Assembly: GCA_038245295.1 (NCBI GenBank)
Contig: JBBRSP010000007.1
Coordinates: forward strand, 64,001-128,000
Length of the DNA: 64,000 nucleotides
Source of the DNA: Candidatus Binatia bacterium
Lineage (GTDB): Bacteria; Desulfobacterota; Binatia; HRBIN30
Direction: 5' to 3'
The notes below the pieces were generated by a model, which was not told where the DNA came from, did no database searches, and saw only the letters and a program-made list of their open reading frames with translations. Every line of letters begins with the position of its first letter. Positions within the stretch are counted from its first letter, which is position 1. Shown piece by piece: positions 26,322 to 39,170 of the stretch. Made by a program: the position numbers and the translations under genes.

Positions 26322-28392
26322 TCACCGGGGGACGCGAAGTCTTGGCCGCAAGCGTCGCCGCGCCAGGGCGATCACAAGGAGGGCAAGCGGCGCCATCGCT
26401 CCGTTTGCATCAGCCCCCACGGCACAGCCGCTTCCGCCGGAGGAGCTGTGCAACGCCACCTGGGTCGGCCTCGGGGGCGGGGTCGGCGAAGGCAACGGGG
26501 TTGGCGCGGCGGCAACATCGGTTTGCTCGATGACATCGACGCCGGTGAACTGAGTCGCGGCGTACACCAAACGCGGATCGTGCGGATCGGCCAGGACATC
26601 GGTGATCATGCTTTGGTTGAAGCCCGCCGAGAATGGTTCCCAAGTCGTGCCGCCGTCGCGGCTACGGAAGACGCCACTGTAGGTTCCGACGTAGAGCAGC
26701 GACGAATCGAACGGACTGACGGTAACACTTGTACATGCCTGGCCGTCGAGGAGGGTCCCGGCGGTCACGCGAGTCCAGGTGACACCGCCGTCGAGACTGC
26801 GACCCGATCCTTCGAACGACGCGGCATACAGGCGTTCTTCGTGGCGCGGGTCGGCGGCGAGATCGAGCACAGAATGAACACCGCTCGCTTCAATCGGCAA
26901 TGCCTGCCAGCGAGCACCGTGGTCTTTGCTGACGTACAGGCCGGGCAGCCCTGCCGCATAGACCGCACCGTGCACGGCAAGCACGGCTCAGATGTCGGCG
27001 TCGCTGGCCAAGCCATTTTGGCTCGCCACCCATGACTCACCGCCGTCGGCGCTCGTGTAGAGTCCGCCGCCCCCGAGGTAGAGCCGCGCCGGATCGTCGG
27101 CATCGACGGCCAACACCCCGCTGGGACCACCCGCGCCTTGCTCGTACCGCAACCCGTGATTGACGGGACGCCACGTCGCACCGCCATCAACCGTCTTGCT
27201 CACGCCGTTGAAGTTGCTGACGTAAATTGTCCCGGCGCGTGTTGGATCAAAGGCAACCGCATAGACGAATTCGAGACGGGCGCCCCGCTGCATCCACGTC
27301 GAGGCTCGATCGCTGCTGCGGAACAGACTGCCGGCGGTCGCATTGACGGAGCCATCGGTGGGATCGATTGCCAACTGGCCGACAACGACAGAGCCAAGGC
27401 CCAAGCCAGACGGCATCCACGTCGAGCCGCGATCCGTGCTGAGATAGAGCTGCTGCAAATAGGCGACATACAATGTCGCCGGATGGGTCGGCACGACGAA
27501 CAGGCTGGCGTAACCAACAATGTCGTTCACCGCCGCCGGCGATGTAAGCGTACTCCACGAGGCCCCACCGGCGGTGCTACGCTGCAGAACCGTCATGGAA
27601 AGGCCGCCGTTGTTGCGGTGGTTACCGGTCACATAAACGTTCATCGGATCAATTGGGTCGACCGCCACTTGATCAATCGGCAACTGCGCTGGCTCGGAGA
27701 TCCAGCTGTCGCCGCGGTCGCTGCTGGCGAAGAGTCCGGCCGATGTCGCGGCGTGCAACCGTCCATCAGGGCCGATCGCCACCTGCGACACAAACGCCGC
27801 GTCCATCGGAGAACTGTCGGCCCACGTCGTCCCCCCATCGACACTACGAATCAGAAATCCCGGGGGTGGCGGCAACTGGACAGTGTAGTCCTCATAGGCG
27901 CTGCCGCCGCCAACGTATACGGACGAGTCGGCACCAACGACGATCGAATTGGCGGTCGTGTCATACCTACCGACGACGCTCCAGTTCTCGCCGCCGTCAA
28001 GGCTGCGCAACACGCTTCCGCCACAGCCGTACTGGTTGATGCACGAGAACGCCGCCGTCGCGTAAAGGGCCGCCGGGTGGGCCGAGTCGAGAGCCAATGC
28101 CGTGATCGTTTGTCCGCGGATCTCCGGCGGCGGCGCCACGCTGGTCCACGATACACCCGCGTCGTTGCTCCGATAGAACACGCTGTCGAGCGCGACGTGG
28201 ACGATATCCGGATCAACCGGCTCGACAACGATCGCCTGAACGCAGTCGATCGAATCGAACACCGTGTGCCACGAGTTGCCCCCATTGGCGATCTTGAAGA
28301 GGCGCTCCCCACAATCAACGGCGTCGTTCCCGCCAGCGCATAGGGTTGCCGGTGTCCGAGGGAGCCGCCTGTGCGTCGACTCCGCATTGACA
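26322..28392 (-). pseudogene. BNR/Asp-box (VPS10-like) beta-propeller surface protein with MYXO-CTERM-like tail; 5'-truncated and with an in-frame TGA
   Basis: Many SxDGGxxW repeats. ORFs 26988-28262 and 26322-26984 share one frame, separated by TGA at 26988-26990. Frame extends to ~28392 with no start or signal peptide. C-terminus GGSGC-TM-RRR. Confidence 0.8.
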
Positions 28393-28414
28393 TTTTAAAC
28401 GTCTATTTTAAATG
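28387..28414 (+). promoter_or_regulatory. -35 box overlapping a putative TetR operator
   Basis: TTGACA followed by the AT-rich imperfect palindrome CATTTTAAACGTCTATTTTAAATG, just upstream of tetR. Confidence 0.6.
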
Positions 28415-28423
28415 CCGATATGA

Positions 28424-29092
28424 ATGATGGACTCGAAACCCGACCACGTGGGCCCGCGAGCCGCTGCGACGCGAGCACGACTCTTGGAGGCGGCAGGCGA
28501 AGTGTTCGCCGCCGAGGGCTTCCGCAACGCCACCATCCAGGCGATCTGCCAGCGCGCCGGCGCCAACATCGCGGCGGTAAACTATCACTTCGGAGACAAA
28601 GAGCGGCTGTACACGGCGGTGATCGCCTATGCCGATCAGTGCGCCCTGGAGCATCAACCGGTTGCGCCTCCCAAGGCACAGGAGGGTGCGCCCGAGGAGC
28701 GTTTGCAGCGGCAGATCCGCTCCTTCCTGTCGCGCCTGTTCGATCGCGGCCGGCCTGCCTGGCACGCCAAGCTCATGGCTCGCGAGATGGTTGATCCGAC
28801 GGCCGCCCTCGATCAACTGGTCAACGAACGTATGCGCGCCAATCACCAGCAGTTGGCGAAGATCGTGCGCGAGCTCATCGGTCCGGGCGTCAAAGCCGAC
28901 GCCGTAAGACTATCTGTGATGAGCATCATCGGTCAGTGCGTCTTCTACCGCCATTCGGCACCCGTCGTGGCGCGACTGTATCCCGATCTGATTCTCGAAG
29001 AAGAAGTCGAACGTATCGCCGCGCACATCACGCGATTCTCCCTCGCCGCCCTGCACGGCATGCGCTCGACAAGGAAAGGTAAGAGCGCATGA
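28424..29092 (+). CDS. TetR-family regulator (CecR/CerR-like C-terminal domain)
   Basis: TRARLLEAAGEVFAAEGFRNATIQAICQRAGANIAAVNYHFGDKERLY. Confidence 0.92.
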   Translation: MMDSKPDHVGPRAAATRARLLEAAGEVFAAEGFRNATIQAICQRAGANIAAVNYHFGDKERLYTAVIAYADQCALEHQPVAPPKAQEGAPEERLQRQIRSFLSRLFDRGRPAWHAKLMAREMVDPTAALDQLVNERMRANHQQLAKIVRELIGPGVKADAVRLSVMSIIGQCVFYRHSAPVVARLYPDLILEEEVERIAAHITRFSLAALHGMRSTRKGKSA

Positions 29093-30246
29093 GCACTCTC
29101 GGGAAATGGGGCGGTGGTCTGGTCGTACTCTTGGCTGTCGCCACAGGCACCTTCTTGGCCCGACGCGGTTCGACACAGCCGGCCGGCGACCCAAAGGGCG
29201 GTGCGCCGGTGCGCAGCGTTCCGGTTGCGGCCGCGGTGGCGACGACAGGTGACATTGGCGTGTACCTCAACGGCCTGGGCTCCGTCGTGCCTCTCCAGAC
29301 GGTGACAGTCCGCAGTCGCGTCGACGGCGAACTGATGTCGGTGCTGTTTCGGGAAGGCCAGGCGGTTCACCGCGGCGATCTCCTGGCCGAGATCGACCCG
29401 CGCCCCTTCGAAGTGAAGCGGACTCAGGCACAGGGACAGATGGCGCGCGACCAGGCCTTACTCACGAACGCGATGCTCGACCGGCAGCGCTACCGAACCC
29501 TGCTCGAACAGGATTCAATCGCCAAGCAGCAGCTCGACACGCAAGAGTCACTGGTGCGTCAGTACGAAGGTGCCGTAAAACTCGACCAGGGACAGGTCGA
29601 CGACGCCGACCTGCAGCTGTCGTACTGTCACATCAAGTCGCCGATCGACGGGCGCCTCGGCCTGCGTCTGGTCGATCCGGGCAACATCGTACATGCCAGT
29701 GACACCGGCGGTCTCGTCGTCATCACACAGGTACAGCCGATCGCCATCGTCTTCACGATCGCCGAAGACAGCCTGCCGCCCCTACTCACCAAGCTCAACG
29801 CCGGAGCCACACTGCCGGTCACGGCATACGATCGCGAACAGCGCCACCAATTGGCCAGCGGCTTGCTGCTGACCGTCGACAACCAGATCGACGCCAACAC
29901 CGGCACCGTGCGCCTGAAGGCGCAATTCCCGAATGACGACAGCGCTCTGTTTCCGAATCAATTCGTCAACGCCCGGCTACTCATCGATTTGAAGCGCGGC
30001 AGCACGCTGATCCCGTCGGTGGCGTTGCAGCAGGGCACCCAGGGCAACTTCGTTTACGTCGTCAAATCCGACCTCACCGTCGAGATGCGATCGGTCCACG
30101 TCGATGTCATCGAGGGCGAACAAGCCGCCATCGACAAGGGTCTGGCCGCCGGTGAGCGCGTCGTTAGCGACGGCGCCGACGGCTTACGCGACGGCAGTAA
30201 GGTCGAGCTGCCGGCGGAAAACGCCGCGCCGCGGGATCACGCATGA
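29089..30246 (+). CDS. mdtA: RND membrane fusion protein MdtA/MuxA
   Basis: [45 protein letters not shown]. Confidence 0.9.
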   Translation: MSTLGKWGGGLVVLLAVATGTFLARRGSTQPAGDPKGGAPVRSVPVAAAVATTGDIGVYLNGLGSVVPLQTVTVRSRVDGELMSVLFREGQAVHRGDLLAEIDPRPFEVKRTQAQGQMARDQALLTNAMLDRQRYRTLLEQDSIAKQQLDTQESLVRQYEGAVKLDQGQVDDADLQLSYCHIKSPIDGRLGLRLVDPGNIVHASDTGGLVVITQVQPIAIVFTIAEDSLPPLLTKLNAGATLPVTAYDREQRHQLASGLLLTVDNQIDANTGTVRLKAQFPNDDSALFPNQFVNARLLIDLKRGSTLIPSVALQQGTQGNFVYVVKSDLTVEMRSVHVDVIEGEQAAIDKGLAAGERVVSDGADGLRDGSKVELPAENAAPRDHA

Positions 30247-33200
30247 ACCTGTCACGGCCGTTCATCCTGCGCCCCGTCGCCACCACTCTCCTGATGGCGG
30301 CGATCTTGTTGGCCGGTGGCGTGGCGTATCGCCAACTGCCCGTGTCGGCCTTGCCGCAGGTCGACTACCCGACGATCCAGGTTGTGACATTTTATCCCGG
30401 CGCCAATCCCGACGTCATGGCCTCCTCTGTCACCGCGCCGCTCGAACGACAGTTCGGCCAGATGCCCGGGCTCAATCAGATGACCTCAACGAGCTCCGGC
30501 GGCAGCTCGGTCATCACGCTGCAATTCAGCCTTGATCTGAGCCTCGATGTCGCCGAGCAAGAAGTTCAGGCGGCGATCAACGCCGGCGCGACGTTCCTGC
30601 CGCGCGATCTGCCCAATCCGCCCATCTACAACAAAGTGAACCCGGCCGATGCGCCGATCCTTACGTTGGCGCTGACCTCGGAGACGATGCCGCTGCCGCG
30701 CGTCGAGGATCTGGCCGATACGCGCATCGTGCAGAAGATCGCCGAACTGCCGGGCGTCGGACTCGTCAGTATCAGCGGCGGCCAACGCCCAGCCGTGCGC
30801 ATCCGTGCCATTCCAACGGCACTGGCGTCCTACGGCCTGACCCTCGAGGATCTGCGCCTCGCCATCGTTGGTAACAACGTCAACCAGGCCAAGGGCGGTT
30901 TCGATGGCCCGGAGCAAGCCTTCGTGATCGGCGCCAATGATCAACTGCAGACAAGCGCCGAGTACCGACCGTTGATCGTCGCCTACCGCAACGGCGCGCC
31001 GGTTCACCTCTCCGATGTTGCCGAAGTGATCGACGATGCGGAGAACGTGCGACAAGCGGCTTGGAAAAACGACACGGCCGCGGTGATCATCAACATCCAG
31101 CGCCAGCCGGGCGCCAATGTCATCGAAGTCGTCGACCGCGTCAAACGATTGTTGCCGCAGATCGAGCGCGTCTTGCCGCCAGCGGTACAAATCTCGGTGC
31201 TGAGCGATCGAACGACGACGATCCGCGGCTCCGTCGAAGACGTGCAGTTCGAGCTTGTCCTCGCCGTGGTGCTCGTCGTGGCCGTGATCTTCCTCTTCCT
31301 GCGCAACCTGGCGGGTACGGTGATCCCAGCAGTCGCGGTGCCGCTATCCCTGGTCGGCTCCTTCGGAGCCATGTACCTGCTCGGGTTCAGCCTCAACAAC
31401 TTGTCGTTGATGGCGTTGACGATCTCGACCGGCTTCGTCGTCGACGACGCGATCGTCATGATCGAAAACATCGCCCGCTACGTCGAGGCCGGCGATCCGC
31501 CACTTGAAGCGGCGCTCAAGGGCGCTGAACAGATCGGTTTTACGATCCTGTCACTCACCGTGTCGCTGATCGCCGTCCTGATCCCTCTGCTGTTCATGGG
31601 TGACGTCGTCGGACGCCTGTTCCGCGAGTTCGCCATCACCCTGGGGCTGACGATTCTCATCTCGGCGGTCGTGTCGCTCACCTTGACCCCGATGATGTGC
31701 GCGCGCCTGTTGCGCCATACACCGGAGGAGCAGCAAGGACGCTTCTACCGCAGCTCGCAGCGTATCTTCGATCGGACCATCGACGCCTACGGCACAACGC
31801 TGCGTTGGGTGCTGCACCGCCAAGGCGCTACCCTGCTGGTCGCCGTCGGCATTCTCGTCCTCACGGTGCTGCTTTTCCTCATCGTCCCGAAGGGCTTCTT
31901 TCCGGTACAGGACACGGGCGTCATCCTCGGCATCTCCGAAGCACCACAATCCATCTCCTTCGCAGCGATGGCCGAGCGCCAGCGCGCCCTGGCACGGGTG
32001 ATCCTGCAGGACCCTAATATCGACAGTCTGTCTTCGTTCATCGGTGTCGACGGCACCAACACGACTCTGAATAGCGGGCGCATTCTCATCAGCCTGAAGC
32101 GCCTTGCGGAGCGCGACGGCAGCGCCAGTGACATCATCCGGCGCTTACAGCCCAAGCTGGCGGCGGTCGACGGCATTACGCTGTACATGCAACCGGTCCA
32201 GGACCTGACCGTCGAGGATCGGGTCAGCCGCACGCAATACCAATACACGCTGGAAGACCCCGATGCGGACGAGCTCAACCGCTGGGCGCCCAAACTGGTT
32301 GCGGCGCTGCAGGCCCAGCCGGAGTTGCGCGACGTCGGCACCGACCAGCAGGATCAGGGACTGCGCGCCTCGTTGGTGATCGATCGCGCCACCGCCTCGC
32401 GGCTCGGCATTCGGCCGCAACTGATCGACGACACGTTGTACGACGCCTTCGGCCAGCGTCAGGTGTCGACAATCTTCACCCAGCTCAACCAGTATCGCGT
32501 CGTCCTCGAAGTCGCGCCGAGTTTCCAGCAGCATCCTAACGGGATGCAGGGGATCTTCGTCGGTACCGCGAACGGTGGCCAGGTACCGATCAGTGCCATT
32601 ACCCGGCTGATTGAGACGCACGGGCCGCTTTCGCTCAATCACCAGGGACAGTTCCCGGTCGTGACGCTGTCCTTCAATATTGCGCCTGATGTTTCCCTCG
32701 GTGCGGCGCTGGAGGCGGTGGATAAGGCGGTACAGCACGTTGGCCTGCCGGCCAGCATCCACCGCAGCTTTCAGGGAACCGCCGCGGCATTTCAGGCATC
32801 GCTAACCAATCAGCCATTGCTGATTCTGGCGGCGCTGATCACCGTCTACATCGTGCTCGGCGTGCTCTACGAGAGCTACATCCACCCGATCACGATTCTG
32901 TCGACACTGCCGTCTGCCGGCGTCGGCGCCATCCTGGCTTTGCTCTTGTGCCGCACGGACTTCACCGTCATCGCCCTCATCGGGGTCATCCTGCTCATCG
33001 GCATCGTCAAGAAAAACGCCATCATGATGATCGACTTCGCCCTCGAAGCCGAGCGCGAGAAAGGCATGAGTCCCGACGACGCCATTTACCAGGCCTGCCT
33101 ACTGCGCTTCCGGCCGATCATGATGACAACGATGGCGGCACTGCTCGGCGCCCTGCCGTTGGCGTTGGGCACCGGGGTCGGCTCCGAGTTGCGACGACCA

Positions 33201-33359
33201 CTCGGTATCGCCATCGTCGGCGGCCTCATCGTCAGCCAGGCGCTGACTCTCTACACGACACCGGTCATCTATCTCGCCTTCGATCGATTGGCGCGGCGTC
33301 TCGGCGAGCTACGCCGGAGTGACGCCGGCGACGAAGCCATTGGGGTGGCGCAGCCGTGA
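30243..33359 (+). CDS. mdtB: RND efflux transporter MdtB/MuxB
   Basis: [55 protein letters not shown]. Confidence 0.93.
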   Translation: MNLSRPFILRPVATTLLMAAILLAGGVAYRQLPVSALPQVDYPTIQVVTFYPGANPDVMASSVTAPLERQFGQMPGLNQMTSTSSGGSSVITLQFSLDLSLDVAEQEVQAAINAGATFLPRDLPNPPIYNKVNPADAPILTLALTSETMPLPRVEDLADTRIVQKIAELPGVGLVSISGGQRPAVRIRAIPTALASYGLTLEDLRLAIVGNNVNQAKGGFDGPEQAFVIGANDQLQTSAEYRPLIVAYRNGAPVHLSDVAEVIDDAENVRQAAWKNDTAAVIINIQRQPGANVIEVVDRVKRLLPQIERVLPPAVQISVLSDRTTTIRGSVEDVQFELVLAVVLVVAVIFLFLRNLAGTVIPAVAVPLSLVGSFGAMYLLGFSLNNLSLMALTISTGFVVDDAIVMIENIARYVEAGDPPLEAALKGAEQIGFTILSLTVSLIAVLIPLLFMGDVVGRLFREFAITLGLTILISAVVSLTLTPMMCARLLRHTPEEQQGRFYRSSQRIFDRTIDAYGTTLRWVLHRQGATLLVAVGILVLTVLLFLIVPKGFFPVQDTGVILGISEAPQSISFAAMAERQRALARVILQDPNIDSLSSFIGVDGTNTTLNSGRILISLKRLAERDGSASDIIRRLQPKLAAVDGITLYMQPVQDLTVEDRVSRTQYQYTLEDPDADELNRWAPKLVAALQAQPELRDVGTDQQDQGLRASLVIDRATASRLGIRPQLIDDTLYDAFGQRQVSTIFTQLNQYRVVLEVAPSFQQHPNGMQGIFVGTANGGQVPISAITRLIETHGPLSLNHQGQFPVVTLSFNIAPDVSLGAALEAVDKAVQHVGLPASIHRSFQGTAAAFQASLTNQPLLILAALITVYIVLGVLYESYIHPITILSTLPSAGVGAILALLLCRTDFTVIALIGVILLIGIVKKNAIMMIDFALEAEREKGMSPDDAIYQACLLRFRPIMMTTMAALLGALPLALGTGVGSELRRPLGIAIVGGLIVSQALTLYTTPVIYLAFDRLARRLGELRRSDAGDEAIGVAQP

Positions 33360-36300
33360 ACATCTCGGCGCCGTTCATCCGTCGCCCCGTGGCGACGACT
33401 CTGCTGACGATCGGTCTGGCGCTCGCCGGGGCGGTTGGATTCTACGTCTTGCCCGTGGCGCCGTTGCCACAGGTGGATTTCCCGACGATCCAGGTGTCGG
33501 CCGCCCTGCCGGGGGCCAGCCCGGAGACGATGGCAACCTCGGTGGCCGCACCGCTCGAGCGACAGTTCGGACGCATCGCCGGCGTCATCGAGATGACCTC
33601 GACGAGTTATCTCGGCTCGACGGCAATCGTTCTACAATTCGATCTGAGTCGTAACATCGACGGCGCGGCGCGCGATGTGCAAGCCTCGATCAACGCGGCG
33701 CGCGGCTACTTGCCGGCCAACCTCCCGTCGAATCCGTCGTATCGCAAGGTCAATCCCGCCGACGCACCGATCGTCATCCTGGCACTCAACTCCGAGACGT
33801 TCAGTCGGGGGAAACTGTACGACGTCGCCTCGACCGTTCTGCAGCAACGCTTGTCGCGCATCGAAGGGGTGGGCCAGGTCGTGGTCGGCGGCAGCTCGCT
33901 ACCGGCGGTGCGCGTCGAGGTGAATCCAGCCTCGCTCAGCAAGTACGGCATCGGCCTCGAGGATGTACGAAAGGCGCTCGGTGCGACCAATGCGAATCGC
34001 CCCAAAGGGCAGCTCACCGACGGCGATCGCGCCTGGGAGGTTCAGACCAACGATCAACTACACGGCGCCGACGAGTATCGCGGCGTGATCGTCGACTACA
34101 GTCAGGGTGCGGCGGTGCGATTGTCGGATGTCGCCGACGTCGAAGACTCCGTCGAAGATCTGCGGGCCGCCGGGCTCACCAACGGCAAGCCGTCGATCCT
34201 GCTGATCGTGTTCCGTGCGCCGGGTGCCAACATCATCAAGACGGTCGACGGCATTCTCGGGGTGATGCCCGAATTGCAGGCCGCGTTACCGGCAGCCATC
34301 TCGCTGTCGGTCGTGCTCGACCGTACGCAGGTCATCCGCGCTTCCCTGCGCGATGTCGAGATCTCGTTGACGCTGGCGGTGATTCTGGTGATCCTGGTGG
34401 TGTTCGCATTTCTGCGCAACCTGCGCGCGACGCTGATTCCCAGCGTCGCTGTGCCGGTGTCGTTGATCGGCACCTTCGGCGTCATGTACCTGTTTGGCTA
34501 CACGCTCGATACCCTGTCGCTGATGGCGCTAACGATCGCCACGGGCTTCGTCGTAGACGACGCCATCGTCGTGCTCGAGAACGTCACCCGTTACGTCGAG
34601 GAAGGTATGCCGCCGCGTCAAGCGGCTCTGCGCGGCGCCAGCGAAATTGGCTTCACCGTTTTGTCGATGAGCACGTCGCTGGTGGCGGTGTTCATTCCGA
34701 TCCTGCTGATGGGTGGCATCGTTGGCCGGTTGTTTCGCGAGTTCGCCGTAACCTTGTCGGCGGCGATTTTTATCTCGCTGATCGTGTCCCTCACCACGAC
34801 ACCGATGATGTGCGGCGCGCTGCTGCGACGCAGCAAACCAGGTGAAGGCAATGCGGCCTTCCGGGCCAGCGAGCGCGGCTTTGCCTGGATGTTGCGGGCC
34901 TATGACCGCAGCCTTTCCTGGGCACTGCGTCACTCGTTTACGATGCTGGTCCTGACGATCGCGACGGTGGTGCTCAATATCTACCTGTTCACCATCGTCC
35001 CCAAGGGGTTCTTCCCGCAGCAGGACACCGGGCGCCTGAGTGGCGGAATCCAGGCGGCTCAGCACACGTCGTTTCAGGCGATGGAGAAGAAACTGAAGGA
35101 GATTGTCGACGTCATCCGGCACGACCCGGCGGTCGACAACGTCATCGGCTTCACCGGCGGCGGCGGCGGTGGTGGTTCGGCGCGCAACACGGCGCGCATG
35201 TTCATCGCCTTGAAGCCAGTCGAGGCGCGCAAGCTCAGTGCCGATCAGGTCATCGGCCGTCTGCGCGGCCAGCTTGGCAAGGTGGCGGGCGCGCCGACAT
35301 TCCTGCAGGCGGTGCAGGACGTGCGCATCGGCGGTCGCGCCACCAACGCGCAGTATCAATATACTCTGCAATCGGAGAGTGTCGGCGATCTGGAGATCTG
35401 GGCGCCGCGGCTTTTGCAGCAGTTGCGCAAGGCGGGCAACAAACTCGTCGATCTGAACAGCGACCAGCAGAACCATGGGTTACAGGCAACACTCGTCATC
35501 GATCGCAACACCGCGGCACGTCTCGGCATCTCGCCGCAGCTCATTGACGACACGTTGTACGACGCCTTCGGACAGCGCCAGGTGTCGATCACCTATACGC
35601 CGCTCAACCAGTATCACGTCGTAATGGAGGTAGCGCCGCGCTTCTGGCAGCGGCCGCAAACTCTACGCGACCTTTTCGTGCGCTCGCCGCGCGGGGCGGC
35701 GGTGCCGTTGAGCGCGTTCACACACTACGAGCCGGCCGCCACGACGTTGGCGGTGAACCACCAGGGCCAGTTTCCGTCGGTGACGCTGTCCTTCAATCTG
35801 GCCCTCGGAGTCGCGCTCAGCGAAGCCGTCGAGGTCGTCGACGCCGCCTCACGCCAAATCGGCATGCCATCGGGCATTCGTGGCAACTTCACGGGAACCG
35901 CGCAGGCATTCCAGGCGTCCTTGGCCAACCAGCCGTTGCTGATTCTGGCGGCGTTGCTGACCGTCTACATCGTGCTGGGTGTTCTCTATGAGAGCTACAT
36001 CCATCCGATCACGATTCTGTCGACGCTGCCGTCGGCAGGAGTTGGTGCGATCATCGCTCTGCTGCTTTGCGGCACCGATCTCAGCATCATCGCGTTGATC
36101 GGCATCATCTTGCTGATCGGCATCGTCAAGAAAAACGCCATCATGATCATCGATTTCGCACTCGACGCGGAACGCAACGGCGGCAAGAGCCCCGAGGATT
36201 CGATCTATCAGGCATGCCTGCTGCGCTTCCGACCGATCATGATGACCACCATGGCGGCTTTGTTCGGAGCACTGCCACTGGCGATCGGTGGCGGCGCCGG

Positions 36301-36478
36301 GTCGGAGCTGCGGCGACCGCTCGGCATCGCCATCGTCGGCGGATTGATCGTCAGCCAGGCGCTGACGCTCTACACGACACCGGTCATCTACCTTTATCTG
36401 GATCGCCTGAGCCGGTGGCTGGCGCATTGGCGCGGCATCGTGTGGCGGCGCTTTGCACAAGAGGTTGCTGGAAGATGA
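33356..36478 (+). CDS. mdtC: RND efflux transporter MdtC/MuxC
   Basis: [42 protein letters not shown]; paralogous to the preceding gene. Confidence 0.93.
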   Translation: MNISAPFIRRPVATTLLTIGLALAGAVGFYVLPVAPLPQVDFPTIQVSAALPGASPETMATSVAAPLERQFGRIAGVIEMTSTSYLGSTAIVLQFDLSRNIDGAARDVQASINAARGYLPANLPSNPSYRKVNPADAPIVILALNSETFSRGKLYDVASTVLQQRLSRIEGVGQVVVGGSSLPAVRVEVNPASLSKYGIGLEDVRKALGATNANRPKGQLTDGDRAWEVQTNDQLHGADEYRGVIVDYSQGAAVRLSDVADVEDSVEDLRAAGLTNGKPSILLIVFRAPGANIIKTVDGILGVMPELQAALPAAISLSVVLDRTQVIRASLRDVEISLTLAVILVILVVFAFLRNLRATLIPSVAVPVSLIGTFGVMYLFGYTLDTLSLMALTIATGFVVDDAIVVLENVTRYVEEGMPPRQAALRGASEIGFTVLSMSTSLVAVFIPILLMGGIVGRLFREFAVTLSAAIFISLIVSLTTTPMMCGALLRRSKPGEGNAAFRASERGFAWMLRAYDRSLSWALRHSFTMLVLTIATVVLNIYLFTIVPKGFFPQQDTGRLSGGIQAAQHTSFQAMEKKLKEIVDVIRHDPAVDNVIGFTGGGGGGGSARNTARMFIALKPVEARKLSADQVIGRLRGQLGKVAGAPTFLQAVQDVRIGGRATNAQYQYTLQSESVGDLEIWAPRLLQQLRKAGNKLVDLNSDQQNHGLQATLVIDRNTAARLGISPQLIDDTLYDAFGQRQVSITYTPLNQYHVVMEVAPRFWQRPQTLRDLFVRSPRGAAVPLSAFTHYEPAATTLAVNHQGQFPSVTLSFNLALGVALSEAVEVVDAASRQIGMPSGIRGNFTGTAQAFQASLANQPLLILAALLTVYIVLGVLYESYIHPITILSTLPSAGVGAIIALLLCGTDLSIIALIGIILLIGIVKKNAIMIIDFALDAERNGGKSPEDSIYQACLLRFRPIMMTTMAALFGALPLAIGGGAGSELRRPLGIAIVGGLIVSQALTLYTTPVIYLYLDRLSRWLAHWRGIVWRRFAQEVAGR

Positions 36479-37956
36479 ACTACGAGATGAGCCCCATGGG
36501 TCGTATGAGTCTTATGGGTCCTATGAAAAGCCGCCTCGCACGCGTGGCGCTGGCACTGACCGTCGCGCTGGCAAGCGGCTGCGCCGTCGGCCCCAACTAC
36601 GACAGACCGCAAGCCGAAACACCCGACGCCTACAAGGAATCCAGCGGTTGGAAGACGGCACAACCTCAAGACGATCAGATCCGCGGCAGCTGGTGGGAGA
36701 TCTTCCAGGATACCGAGCTCAACGAGCTCGAGCAAAAGGTCGAACAGAGCAACCAGGATATCGTCGCCGCCGAGGCGCAATTCCGGCAGGCGCGATCGCT
36801 GGTCGACGCAGCGCGCTCGCGATACTTCCCGACCCTTGCCATTGGTGTCTCGGCGGCCCGCACGCACCGCTCCGCCAACGTCGGTGGATCGACTGCCACA
36901 GGCAGCGACATCAACAACTACTCGCTGCCGATCGACATTTCCTGGGAGCCCGATCTCTGGGGTCGGGTTCGACGCAGCGTGGAGTCGAACCGCGCCAGCG
37001 CCGAGGCCAGCGCCGCCGATCTCGCCTCGATTCGACTCAGCCTGCAGGCCGAGCTCGCCGACGACTACTTTCAGCTGCGGGCGCTTGATGCACAGCGTCG
37101 CCTGCTCGATGCGACAACCGAGGCTTTCGACAAGTCGCTGAAACTCACCCGCAACCGCTACGCCAGCGGCGTGGTGGCGCGCACCGACGTGGCGCAGGCG
37201 GAAACACAGCTTGAGAGCACGCGAGCACAAGGGCTCGACATCGGCGTGCGGCGAGCCCAGTTGGAGCATGCCGTCGCGCTGCTGATCGGTGCTCCGCCTT
37301 CATCGTTCTCCATTCCGGTGGCGCCGCTCGAAGCCTCGCCCCCGCCGATTCCCGTTAGCTTGCCATCGGAGCTGTTGGAGCGCCGCCCCGATATCGCCGC
37401 CGCGGAGCGCCGTGTCGCCGCCGCCAATGCGCAGATCGGGGTTGCCGACTCCGCCTATTATCCGAGTGTTACCTTGAGTGCCTCGGGAGGCTTCCAAGGT
37501 TCGCAGCTATCGAACTGGTTGCTGTGGCCGAGCCGCTTTTGGTCGGTGGGTCCGTCGATCTCCGAGACCGTATACGATGGTGGGCTGCGCGGGGCGCAGA
37601 GTGACCAGGCACGCGCCGCGCACGACGCCAGTGTCGCGTCCTATCGGCAAAGTGTCCTGAACGGCTTCGTCGAGGTCGAGGACAATCTCGCCGCGCTGCG
37701 CATTCTCGACGAAGAAGGGAGCGTCCAGAACAACGCGGTGCGAGCGGCGCGCGAGTCGGTGCGGTTGGCGACCAACCAGTACAATGCCGGCATCGTCAGT
37801 TACCTCAACGTAGTCATCACCCAGGCCGCGGCACTCTCCAACGAACGCACCAAAGTCGACATCTTGAGCCGCCGCATGAGCGCCAGCGTCCTGCTGATCA
37901 AAGCCCTCGGCGGCGGTTGGAACCCAGCTGCCTCCTTGGACACGGCGATGCGGTAG
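36475..37956 (+). CDS. Outer membrane efflux lipoprotein (NodT/OprM family)
   Basis: Lipobox [50 protein letters not shown]. Confidence 0.92.
   Translation: MNYEMSPMGRMSLMGPMKSRLARVALALTVALASGCAVGPNYDRPQAETPDAYKESSGWKTAQPQDDQIRGSWWEIFQDTELNELEQKVEQSNQDIVAAEAQFRQARSLVDAARSRYFPTLAIGVSAARTHRSANVGGSTATGSDINNYSLPIDISWEPDLWGRVRRSVESNRASAEASAADLASIRLSLQAELADDYFQLRALDAQRRLLDATTEAFDKSLKLTRNRYASGVVARTDVAQAETQLESTRAQGLDIGVRRAQLEHAVALLIGAPPSSFSIPVAPLEASPPPIPVSLPSELLERRPDIAAAERRVAAANAQIGVADSAYYPSVTLSASGGFQGSQLSNWLLWPSRFWSVGPSISETVYDGGLRGAQSDQARAAHDASVASYRQSVLNGFVEVEDNLAALRILDEEGSVQNNAVRAARESVRLATNQYNAGIVSYLNVVITQAAALSNERTKVDILSRRMSASVLLIKALGGGWNPAASLDTAMR
36487..36525 (+). repeat. 9-bp tandem repeat encoding M-x-x units at the OMF N-terminus
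   Basis: ATGAGCCCC ATGGGTCGT ATGAGTCTT ATGGGTCCT ATG. Confidence 0.7.
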
Positions 37957-38019
37957 GGGCGGTTCATTTCTGCCAACTGCCGACCGTGCACGGGAGGAAC
38001 GACTCGAGCAACGCCGCGA

Positions 38020-38613
38020 TCAGCTTCGACCATCATGCCCGGGTGCAGCGCCGAGCGTGGTGCGCATACGGTGCGCATGAAACACCGACGCTACATCGTG
38101 CCGGCACTCCGGCAGCAGCAGCGTGATGCCCAGCTCGTCAACGGCGCATACGAGCTGAAACAAGGCGGCAATGCGGAAGGGCCACGGAAAGTCGAAGATC
38201 AGCAGCAGCGGCACGGCGAGACTCATCGCCAGGGCGCCGATTTTCACCGACCATGTGTGATAACCCGGCACGGCGCGGTACTTGGCGAAGGCGATTGCTG
38301 TCGGCAGAATCATCGCCGGGATGGCGACGAAAACGTACGTTGATTCACGCCGTACAATGTCAGGCCATAACCACCATGCGCTGAATGGCAGCGTCAGCCA
38401 CAGGGCGAAGTCGCCCCATTGGTCGAGGCGCGCCCCGAAGTCTGACTCGACCTTGAGCCGCCGCGCCAGCGGGCCGTCGAGGACGTCTGACAGCAAACCC
38501 ATTCCGAAGAGCACCAAGAAGCCGCTCGTGTCACCACGCCACGCCAACCGCAGAAGGAACGGCACGCAGACGATCCGCAAGGCGCTCAGGAAGTTCGGTA
38601 GGTTGGCCACCAT
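38020..38613 (-). CDS. CDP-alcohol phosphatidyltransferase family protein
   Basis: NLPNFLSALR, DVLDGPLARR...GARLDQWGD motif. Confidence 0.88.
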   Translation of the reverse strand: MVANLPNFLSALRIVCVPFLLRLAWRGDTSGFLVLFGMGLLSDVLDGPLARRLKVESDFGARLDQWGDFALWLTLPFSAWWLWPDIVRRESTYVFVAIPAMILPTAIAFAKYRAVPGYHTWSVKIGALAMSLAVPLLLIFDFPWPFRIAALFQLVCAVDELGITLLLPECRHDVASVFHAHRMRTTLGAAPGHDGRS

Positions 38614-38630
38614 GTCCATCTCTAAGCGAC

Positions 38631-39044
38631 TCAGCGACCGTGCCCGACTCGGCGGTAGCCGCGCAAGAGGAGGACGCCGGGCACGGAAAACATTGCCGCC
38701 TCGGCGATGCCAGCGAGCCAGCCGCTACCGTTTGGGCTGACCTGATTCCAGACGAGATGACAGAAGGCGATGTAGAACGCGTAGTACGCAGCGATCGGAC
38801 GAATCCATGGGCGTTGGAACCAGAAGCCCCAGGCACCAACGAGGAAGATGACCCAGTGGAGTGGCGCCGTGAGCTGCGCCGCCGCGCCATGCAGCTCGAA
38901 GCCGAACCACACCTCGACATCACGCGTGTGCGCCAGAAACAGATCGCGCGGAACCAGAAACACCACTGAGGCCAGGCAGAACGCGGCCAGAGCGGTCATC
39001 CACCGTGGTCGGCGTGTCGCCTTCGGCAGTAACTGTGGGACCAT
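38631..39044 (-). CDS. Hypothetical membrane protein
   Basis: About four hydrophobic segments; DVEVWFGFEL; overlaps no other good gene. Confidence 0.6.
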   Translation of the reverse strand: MVPQLLPKATRRPRWMTALAAFCLASVVFLVPRDLFLAHTRDVEVWFGFELHGAAAQLTAPLHWVIFLVGAWGFWFQRPWIRPIAAYYAFYIAFCHLVWNQVSPNGSGWLAGIAEAAMFSVPGVLLLRGYRRVGHGR

Positions 39045-39170
39045 CCGTTCGTTTTGCACCTTGCCACCACACTTACGTGGTTGAGGGCCACGATTGAAGA
39101 GCGCAGGGTGACGATTGAGCATGAGGGGAATTTCCCGACCGGGGAGCGAGGCGACGGAGGGGAAGTAGAC

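Noticed and set aside
26985..26993. In-frame TGA as selenocysteine
   Set aside because: Position is a structural strand of a BNR repeat rather than a redox Cys site, no evident SECIS hairpin, and the gene is also 5'-truncated.
32780..36400. Long near-identical DNA stretches between mdtB and mdtC 3' regions
   Set aside because: Explained by the known MdtB/MdtC paralogy; not a separate repeat element.
36067..36474. N-terminal extensions of ORF-track calls (e.g. 629-aa OMF, 651-aa UreC, 367-aa UrtE)
   Set aside because: They overlap upstream genes in another frame; true starts were placed at coupled ATGs with family-typical N-termini.
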